A DNA stretch of 64,000 nt, taken from assembly GCA_963663165.1 (NCBI GenBank), contig OY760175.1, forward strand, positions 3,776,001 through 3,840,000, read 5' to 3'. Below, one piece after another: positions 57,277 through 64,000 of this stretch; position 1 is the stretch's first letter; each line of letters begins with the position of its first letter. Below the pieces are notes generated by a model, which worked only from the letters and a program-made list of their open reading frames with translations, was not told where the DNA came from and searched no databases. Both the position numbers and the translations under genes were made by a program. Origin of the DNA: an uncultured Desulfospira sp. GTDB lineage: Bacteria; Desulfobacterota; Desulfobacteria; Desulfobacterales; Desulfobacteraceae.

Positions 57277-58944
57277 ATGCTTCGATATAATCCTGAGTTA
57301 AAATCACAGATCGACCAGCTCTGGAACAAGTTCTGGGCCGGCGGGATCTCCAATCCCCTCACCGCCATCGAACAGATCACCTATCTGTTGTTCATGAAAC
57401 GGCTGGATGAGATGGATTTGAAAAATCAATCTGATGCCGAATTTACCGGAGAGTCTTATAACTCCAGGTTTGAGGGCGACTGGGTGCCGCCCGAGCACAG
57501 GGACAAGCCTGAAGAGGATCAGGAACCCCATAAGGTGAACCGGAGCATTCTGCGCTGGAGCCATTTTAAGCGGATGAAAGCCGAAGAGATGCTGGCCCAT
57601 GTCCAGACAAAGGTCTTTCCGTTTTTAAAGGACATGAACGGGGCGGAGTCCGGCTTTACCCACCACATGAAAAATGCTGTGTTCATCATCCCCAAACCCA
57701 TGCTGCTGGTGGAAGCGGTCAAAACCATTGATGAGATTTTCCGGATCATGGAAAAGGATTCTTCGGACAAAGGCCAGGCCTTTCAGGATATCCAGGGGGA
57801 TGTCTATGAGTACCTGCTCTCTGAAATTGCATCAGCCGGGAAAAACGGGCAGTTTCGAACCCCCCGCCACATCATTAAATTGATCGCAGAACTGGTCCGG
57901 CCCCAACTTGGAAACCGGATCGGTGATCCGGCATGTGGCACGGCCGGCTTCCTTCTCGGCGCCTATCAATACATCGTGGCAGACCTGGCAATGAAAAAGG
58001 GGCGACAGGATCTAAAACCGGATGAGGACGGCTTTATCAGAACCTCGGTCAGTGCCGACTATGATCAGAAATCCAAAGAAGTTCTGGACCAGAGCCTTTA
58101 CGGCTATGATATCGACAGCACCATGATCCGTCTGGGCATGATGAACCTGATGATGCACGGCATTGACGAGCCGTTGCTGGATTATAAAGATACCCTGAGC
58201 AAAGGGTTTAACGAACCCAACCAGTACCAGATCATCATGGCCAACCCGCCTTTTACCGGCTCCATTGACAAGGGGGACATCAATGAGGCGTTAACCCTGT
58301 CCACCACCAAGACCGAACTCTTGTTTGTGGAAACCATGGTGCGGATGCTCAGAAAAGGGGGCACGGCCGGTGTCATTGTACCCCAGGGCGTGCTGTTCGG
58401 CTCGGGCAAAGCCTTTGTGGCGGCCAGGAAGATCTTGGTGGACCGCTGCGAACTCAAAGCCGTCATCACCATGCCCAGCGGGGTCTTCAAACCCTATGCC
58501 GGGGTCAGCACCGCCATCCTGGTCTTCACCAAGGTCTATGACAAGGAGGATAAAGTCACGGAACCCGCCACCCAGAATGTCTGGTTTTATGAAATGGAGT
58601 CAGACGGCTATTCCCTGGATGACAAACGAAACAAGCTTGATACTTCCGGCGATCTCCAGGATATCGTGGCTAAATTCAACGCCCGTGATCCTGAAACGGA
58701 CACGGACCGCAAAAATCCCAAAGGCTTTTTTGTCCCCTACCAGGAGATCAAGGATGAGAAGTATGATCTGTCTCCCAGCCGGTACAAGGAGATGGTTTTT
58801 GAAGAGATCGAATATGAAAAACCGTCCGTAATTCTGAACCGGCTGATTGCCAATGAAGTGGGGGAGATGGCTGAAAAGGATCTGGTCAAGGTAGAGAGTG
58901 GGATTGTGCGGGAGTTGTTGGAGTTGAAGGGGATGGTGGGGTGA
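57277..58944 (+). CDS. hsdM: type I N6-adenine methyltransferase M subunit
   Basis: GQFRTPRHII, DPACGTAGFL, NPPF, GVFKPYAGV. Confidence 0.95.
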   Translation: MLRYNPELKSQIDQLWNKFWAGGISNPLTAIEQITYLLFMKRLDEMDLKNQSDAEFTGESYNSRFEGDWVPPEHRDKPEEDQEPHKVNRSILRWSHFKRMKAEEMLAHVQTKVFPFLKDMNGAESGFTHHMKNAVFIIPKPMLLVEAVKTIDEIFRIMEKDSSDKGQAFQDIQGDVYEYLLSEIASAGKNGQFRTPRHIIKLIAELVRPQLGNRIGDPACGTAGFLLGAYQYIVADLAMKKGRQDLKPDEDGFIRTSVSADYDQKSKEVLDQSLYGYDIDSTMIRLGMMNLMMHGIDEPLLDYKDTLSKGFNEPNQYQIIMANPPFTGSIDKGDINEALTLSTTKTELLFVETMVRMLRKGGTAGVIVPQGVLFGSGKAFVAARKILVDRCELKAVITMPSGVFKPYAGVSTAILVFTKVYDKEDKVTEPATQNVWFYEMESDGYSLDDKRNKLDTSGDLQDIVAKFNARDPETDTDRKNPKGFFVPYQEIKDEKYDLSPSRYKEMVFEEIEYEKPSVILNRLIANEVGEMAEKDLVKVESGIVRELLELKGMVG

Positions 58945-60164
58945 TCAAAAAATACCATTTCCTTGATATCGTAACCGATATCACCTCAAAGTTTAAAAAA
59001 GTAAAAAATAGGGATTATTTATCTGAAGGGCAAATTAGAATCATTGATCAAGGTCAAGATCAAATAGCGGGCTATTCTGATGATGTATCTCTTGTTAGGC
59101 CCGAATTATCTCCAGTGATTATTTTTGGTGATCATACAAAAGTATTCAAATATGAAAAAGGTCCTCTGATATTAGGAGCAGATGGCACAAAAGCTCTTAA
59201 AGTAAATACAAATATAGCTCATGATTTGTATATCTATTACTTTTTGAAAACGATAATTTTTCAAGATGCTGGGTACTCAAGATATTTTAAATTTTTAAAA
59301 AAAATAAAAATACCAATTCCGGTGGATGGCGATGGTAAGCCGAAAATAGACGACCAAATCAGAATCGCCACCCTGCTCTCCAAAGTCGAATCCCTGATTG
59401 CCAAACGCAAAAAGAGCATCGCAGATCTGGATGAGCTGTTGAAAAGCACTTTTCTGGAGATGTTTGGTGATCCGGTTCGGAATGAAATGGGGTGGGAGAA
59501 AAAAATGCTTTCAAAAGTCGCCTCGTCAAGGCTTGGGAAAATGCGGGATAAAAAATTCATAACTGGAGCACACCTACGACCATATTTGGGAAATTCCAAT
59601 ATTATTTAGTTTGATTTCGTATTAGATGGTCTTCTGGAAATGGATTTCAATAAAAAAGATCGCAAGATATTTTCTTTACAATATGGGGACTTATTAGTCT
59701 GTGAAGGGGGAGAGATCGGGAGATGCGCTATTTGGAGAAATCAACTGGAAGAATGCTATTTTCAAAAAGCCCTTCATAGAGTCAGAGTCAAAGACTCATT
59801 AACGCCACAGTTTCTTCAATACGTATTTTGGTATTACGCACATTATGGCGGTTTTAAAAATGTTTCCAATCGGGCCACTGTTTTACACCTAACTGGCGAG
59901 AAATTAAAAGAAACCGAAATTCCAGTTCCTCCTATAGCTCTCCAAAATAAATTTGCTACCATTGTTGAAAAAGTTAGAACCCTTAAAGAAAAATATAAAA
60001 ACAGCCTCAAAGATCTTGAAACCCTGTATGGCGCACTGAGCCATAAAGCCTTTAAAGGCGAACTGGACCTCAGCCGGATTCCAATCACGGCGGAGTTGCA
60101 ACCAAAGGATATCATAACGGGCGTGCCTCAAGTCGGGGAACCGGTACTGACTTTATCTGAATGA
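58941..60164 (+). pseudogene. hsdS: type I specificity subunit split by an in-frame TAG (59607-59609); 3' extension truncated
   Basis: 58941-59609 and 59640-60164 are in the same frame; two low-GC TRDs; conserved DQIRIATLL...STFLEMFGDP and IPVPPIALQNKFA...AFKGELD. Confidence 0.88.
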
Positions 60165-60497
60165 AACCGTACCTCTTCCGGCTTCGGATGAGCCGATCAT
60201 CCGGTTTGAAGATCTGGCCCTGTTCAAACAAGGGGTGACTGATCCTGTTTATGCCAAATCTCTCTCCGACGGGGAACATCAATTCCTGCACACCCTGGGG
60301 ATATGCCTGCTGTTCAAAGATAAAAATGCACTGTTCCTGCTGGACGAGCCGGAAACCCATTTCAATCCGGACTGGCGGTCAAAGTTGATTTCACGGATCG
60401 GGGAGTGTTTTGCCTTGTCCCATCCAAAGACCATCCGGGAGATGCTGATCACCACCCATACCCCGTTTCTGATATCAGACAGCGAGCCTGAAAAAAT
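60151..60497 (+). pseudogene. internal fragment of a restriction-system-associated ABC/AAA ATPase
   Basis: LYLNETVPLPASDE...SLSDGEHQ...LLDEPETHFNPDWR...ITTHTPFLISD; no start and no Walker A. Confidence 0.8.
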
Positions 60498-61259
60498 GAA
60501 TTGTGATTCGGAAGGGTTGCCCTCATCGAAGATTAAAACTTGTTGCAAGGGCACTTTATCAAACTCTTTTTCAAGACGTTCCAAAGCGTTTTTAGTATAG
60601 TCCCAAAACCGATATTTGAGTTCCTCAAGCTGCCGTTCAAACCCTCCGGCATCAGGTTTATAATCCCACAAAAAGCCTTCTTTGTCGGGAACTCCGTGGT
60701 TTTTCCCCTGAACATATTCATGAGGTATGAGTTCTTTAATATAATCCTGGCCGTATTCGTCAAGTTTGGAATAAATATATCCGGAAGCCATGGTCAACCT
60801 AGCATAATAGAACTGCTTTTTGATCATCAAACGAGCCCAGATAAAATAAAGAGACCCTCTGTAAGCCTTTTTTTGGTAACCTTTGAGATCCTTTTCTTTG
60901 GCTTCCTGTTGGAACTGATGATCCTGGAAATCATAATCATAAAGCGTTTCAAAAGAAAGGAGGGTTTTGGATTCAGGGAAGTATTCATTCAGCCAAAAAT
61001 AATTCTCGCCAATACCCTGAAGGGGAAGTAGTGTGGCATTGAATTTTGTTGACTGGACATCAGTCAGATCGCCTTTTACCTCATCCATCTGGTCTTTATC
61101 GGTTACGGTGATATCGAAAAGTGCCTTCAGCAGGAACTGTTCGACCTTTAAGTAGTCTTGTTCGGGTATATTAACCCGGTATTGTTCCTGGCGGTCCTGA
61201 TCCCAGCTAAAATAATCGGGGAGATGTTTTATGATGGCCTGCTTTAGTTCCGGGAGCAT
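60279..61259 (-). pseudogene. hypothetical protein, probably 3'-truncated at ~60500 and reading through the antisense of the ATPase fragment
   Basis: Protein-like for ~250 aa; the last ~70 codons overlap the + strand ATPase remnant. Confidence 0.6.
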
Positions 61260-61273
61260 GTGTTATATTCTTT

Positions 61274-61425
61274 GTAACTGTTCAGCAGTGCCCCATCTTC
61301 GCTCATTCAGGCCTTCTCACATAGCAACAGTATGCTACGAAGTCCTGACTAAACAAATATGAAGCACTGATGAACAGTTACGGACCCTGGTTTTGCTTAG
61401 TTTTCAGCATTAGCTGAATAGTTAC
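61274..61425 (+). mobile_element. 152-bp MITE with GTAACTRTTCAGC TIRs and 8-bp TSD (IS66-like ends)
   Basis: TATTCTTT duplicated at 61266-61273 and 61426-61433. Confidence 0.9.
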
Positions 61426-61463
61426 TATTCTTTTTTTAATCTTTTGTTGAAAATAAAGAACGG

Positions 61464-61805
61464 TCATGCGGCTTCCAGCACAAAATTCACATGGATAGCG
61501 TCAAAAGGAAATTCTATTTGGCCGCTTTGCGTTTTTATCAAAATCCCGGCTTTTAAAAGCGCATGGACGTCACCATGGACGGCTTTAACATCCCGGCCCA
61601 ATCGTCTGGCTACCTCACGGATAGACAAAGATCCGGCCCCGGTCATGTTCTGAATAAGTTCCCACCGCTTGCCGGAAATAATTTTAAAAAGCAGAGCAGG
61701 GGTCTCAAAACTGATAAAAGCACCTTGAGCCTCGCCGTCAAAAGCGGCCAGAAACCGATTCTCAATTTCTTTTCGTGATGATATTCCTAATGTCACGGTT
61801 TTCAT
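61464..61805 (-). CDS. wHTH DNA-binding protein, putative antitoxin (HVO_A0114-like)
   Basis: SIREVARRLGRDVKAVHGDVHAL...IEFPFDAIHV. Confidence 0.8.
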   Translation of the reverse strand: MKTVTLGISSRKEIENRFLAAFDGEAQGAFISFETPALLFKIISGKRWELIQNMTGAGSLSIREVARRLGRDVKAVHGDVHALLKAGILIKTQSGQIEFPFDAIHVNFVLEAA

Positions 61806-61806
61806 T

Positions 61807-62088
61807 TTATCCCCTCCAGGCGTCTACATCTTTCCAAAAATCCTGAATTAAAATTTTTGGAGTTGTAAATTCATACGGCATTTCTTTATCTCCAATATGC
61901 TTATGATCCCCTTTGCCTGTTTCACTGTCGTATCGAAGAACACAGAGGCTCTCTACTATGAACGCCAGGCGATATTTAAAATTATATCTGCTCCCGGAAA
62001 GCGGTGTTGGCAGACGCCATACAATCAACTCCACAAAAGATGTTTCCGAGATTATATGACGGTCTTTTAATATCAATTCTGCTTTCAT
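61807..62088 (-). CDS. DUF6516-like protein, putative toxin
   Basis: IVWRLP..KYRL..VLRYD.E.GKGDHKH..LIQDF. Confidence 0.75.
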   Translation of the reverse strand: MKAELILKDRHIISETSFVELIVWRLPTPLSGSRYNFKYRLAFIVESLCVLRYDSETGKGDHKHIGDKEMPYEFTTPKILIQDFWKDVDAWRG

Positions 62089-62136
62089 GTTGGATATAAT
62101 ACCAACACCTATAGAGTGTTGTCAATGACACCAACA
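62088..62136 (-). promoter_or_regulatory. sigma-70 promoter overlapped by two TGTTG-N10-CAACA operators (likely leaderless TA transcript)
   Basis: Minus strand TTGACA (62125-62120)-N18-TATTAT (62101-62096), 7 nt before ATG; palindromes at 62088-62107 and 62117-62136. Confidence 0.65.
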
Positions 62137-62391
62137 TGACATTGTATTATTATTCACTCGCCAAAAATTGCTCCCTGAAAATCAGGGTGATGTTCTATAA
62201 AATGGGTTCTTGATTTTCAAAACAGACACCCCATATAGTGGCCGAATATTTTTCAAAAAATCGGACTTATAGACACCGTCAACGTTTTCTGATACCTTAT
62301 TACCCCTATGAATCTTAGGACTTTTCTCAAATCATCCTAAAAATGACTAACCGGAATATTTCATGAATTCTCGGGGTACAAAGAAAAAACA

Positions 62392-63465
62392 ATGAATTTT
62401 ACAATGGACCACTTGCTTTACCTTCTGGCCAAAATCGCACCCAACATCTATCTTCAAGCCGTTTTAATCATCATTCTGTTTATGTGTGCCGCAAAAACGG
62501 TAGATATTTTGATCAACCGCATTTTCAAAAAATGGACAGAAAAAACAAGACTGGATATTGACGACGATCTCCTTGATATCCTGCATCGACCGGTTTACAT
62601 CAGTATCATCCTATTCGGCCTCGGCCTTGCCACCCGGCGCATGGAATTTAAAGAAATCATCAATTTCATCACTATCGGCAGCCTGAAAACCATTGCCCTT
62701 GTCTACTGGGCCTTTGCGGCTGCCCGGTTTTTCCGATTGATTCTGAATGTCCTGAGCAATGACCGGACCCGGTTCAAAATTATCCAGGACCGTACCCTTC
62801 CCTTGTTTCAAAATCTTTTGATTATCATTGTCAGTGTCCTTTCCATTTACCTGATGTTTCTGGTATGGGATATCGATCTGACGGCGTGGGTCGCCTCGGC
62901 AGGGATTATTGGTCTTGCTGTGTCCTTTGCGGCCAAGGACACCCTGGCAAATCTGTTTTCCGGCGTATTCATCATGGCGGATGCACCATATCAGCTCGGG
63001 GACTATATCGTGCTTGAATCCGGTGAAAGAGGGGCCGTCACCAACATCGGAATCAGAAGTACCCGTCTTCTGACACGGGATGATATCGAAATCACCGTGC
63101 CCAACTCCATCATGGGGAATTCAAAAATTACAAATGAAGCCGGGGGAAGGCATGAAAAATACCGGATCAGGGTTAAAGTTGGGGTTTCCTACGGTTCAAA
63201 CATTGATCAAGTGCATCAGGTCCTGCTGGATATTGCAAAAAATTGCCAGGATGTATGTAAATATCCAGCACCACGGGTCAGATTCAGGGCTTTTGGGGAT
63301 TCAAGCCTTGACCATGAACTGCTCTGCTGGGTGGAGAGACCCGTGATGAGAGGCCGGGCCCTGCATTTGCTGAACTGTGAAGTTTACAAACGGTTTCAAG
63401 AAGAACAGATTGAAATACCGTTTCCCCAGCGTGATATACACATTCATACCGATAAACCTGTGTAA
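62392..63465 (+). CDS. mscS: small-conductance mechanosensitive channel family protein
   Basis: AGIIGLAVSFAAKDTLANLFSG, PYQLGD, IGIRST, VPNS, IEIPFPQRD. Confidence 0.93.
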   Translation: MNFTMDHLLYLLAKIAPNIYLQAVLIIILFMCAAKTVDILINRIFKKWTEKTRLDIDDDLLDILHRPVYISIILFGLGLATRRMEFKEIINFITIGSLKTIALVYWAFAAARFFRLILNVLSNDRTRFKIIQDRTLPLFQNLLIIIVSVLSIYLMFLVWDIDLTAWVASAGIIGLAVSFAAKDTLANLFSGVFIMADAPYQLGDYIVLESGERGAVTNIGIRSTRLLTRDDIEITVPNSIMGNSKITNEAGGRHEKYRIRVKVGVSYGSNIDQVHQVLLDIAKNCQDVCKYPAPRVRFRAFGDSSLDHELLCWVERPVMRGRALHLLNCEVYKRFQEEQIEIPFPQRDIHIHTDKPV

Positions 63466-63654
63466 TTCTGATCCGTTATGGGGTGACTATCCGGCGATCT
63501 TAAATTTTCAGCCAGGCATACCAGAACGGTGTCTCCCCCCTGTAAAATCGTGGGCACTGATTTTAGATAGACATCATCAACACGCGGATATTGAACATCT
63601 GCGGCTCGCCTGGACCAGGTTGCCCTTTATGGATTCTCTTAAACGGTCTATTTC

Positions 63655-63923
63655 GGCATCAAAATGGGGCCGCTAGGAGCATTTTCTGCAAACCATAAAA
63701 AAACTGTAACTATTCAGCTAATGCTGAAGACTAAGCAACAACAGGGTCCGTAACTGTTTATCAGTGTTTCATATTTGTTTAGTCAGGACTTCGTAGCATA
63801 CTTTTGCTATGTGAGAAGGCCTGAATGAGCGAAGATGGGGCACTGCTGAACAGTTACAAAAAACTTTACCATTTAAAAACAGTTGGCTGCAATGATATGC
63901 CAGGTCCGGCCCCATTTGATACC
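63655..63923. mobile_element. MITE with GGCATCAAAATGGGGCCG...CGGCCCCATTTGATACC ends, interrupted by the GTAAC MITE
   Basis: Terminal IR 63655-63672 / 63907-63923; homologous to 52208-52290. Confidence 0.6.
63706..63857 (-). mobile_element. 152-bp GTAAC MITE, second full copy (inverted)
   Basis: TSD AAAAAACT at 63698-63705 and 63858-63865; near-identical to 61274-61425. Confidence 0.9.
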
Positions 63924-64000
63924 CCCCATTCAATGTCATTAACTTAAGCGTTAATACAAGAAACTGGAAACAAGAGACAAGAGGGTGAAGCGCCGTTGGC

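Noticed and set aside
59607..59609. hsdS TAG as pyrrolysine readthrough
   Set aside because: No pyl genes in the window and the position looks like a Trp codon mutation; cannot be excluded without the whole genome
62227..62242. ACACCCCATATAGTGG as an NrdR box
   Set aside because: Single copy and no nucleotide-reduction gene adjacent
52211..63675. 18-bp direct repeat ATCAAAATGGGGCCGCTA as attL/attR of the defence island
   Set aside because: Each copy is the left end of its own small inverted-repeat element (one with its own TSD); no integrase or tRNA nearby

Overview
64-kb chromosomal window, most likely from a sulfate-reducing Desulfobacteraceae-type bacterium (inferred from gene content and repeat style). 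In order: (1) the 3' end of a HExxH metallopeptidase-like gene plus two hypothetical genes; (2) a divergent sigma-54 locus. One side has an N-terminally truncated Lon protease with an intact receiver (REC) domain inserted just before Walker A. The other side has a USP-like protein, a 28-aa membrane peptide, a frameshifted SLC13/DASS-TrkA-C permease, a histidine kinase, an NtrC-type regulator and SulP; (3) a tandem methyltransferase + Nik/Opp ABC operon and two TonB-receptor/DUF4198 pairs. All three units share an unrecognised hairpin/terminator leader RNA; (4) a DUF4143 ATPase, a MoxR-DUF58-DUF4129 operon and a large lectin/cadherin-like/beta-helix secreted protein; (5) two catabolic modules (cyclase/Lrp/cupin/SDR/MFS, and PAS-LuxR/TRAP/molybdopterin oxidoreductase-FeS-FAD); (6) a decaying defence island (higBA remnant, type I R-M with a nonsense-split hsdS, AlbA_2 protein, AAA ATPase fragment, DUF6516 TA pair) and mscS. 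At least five families of miniature repeats/MITEs are present. No rRNA, tRNA, CRISPR array, intact transposase or integrase was recognised. The best candidates for undescribed biology are the phosphorylation-gated Lon circuit and the thrice-repeated attenuator RNA.
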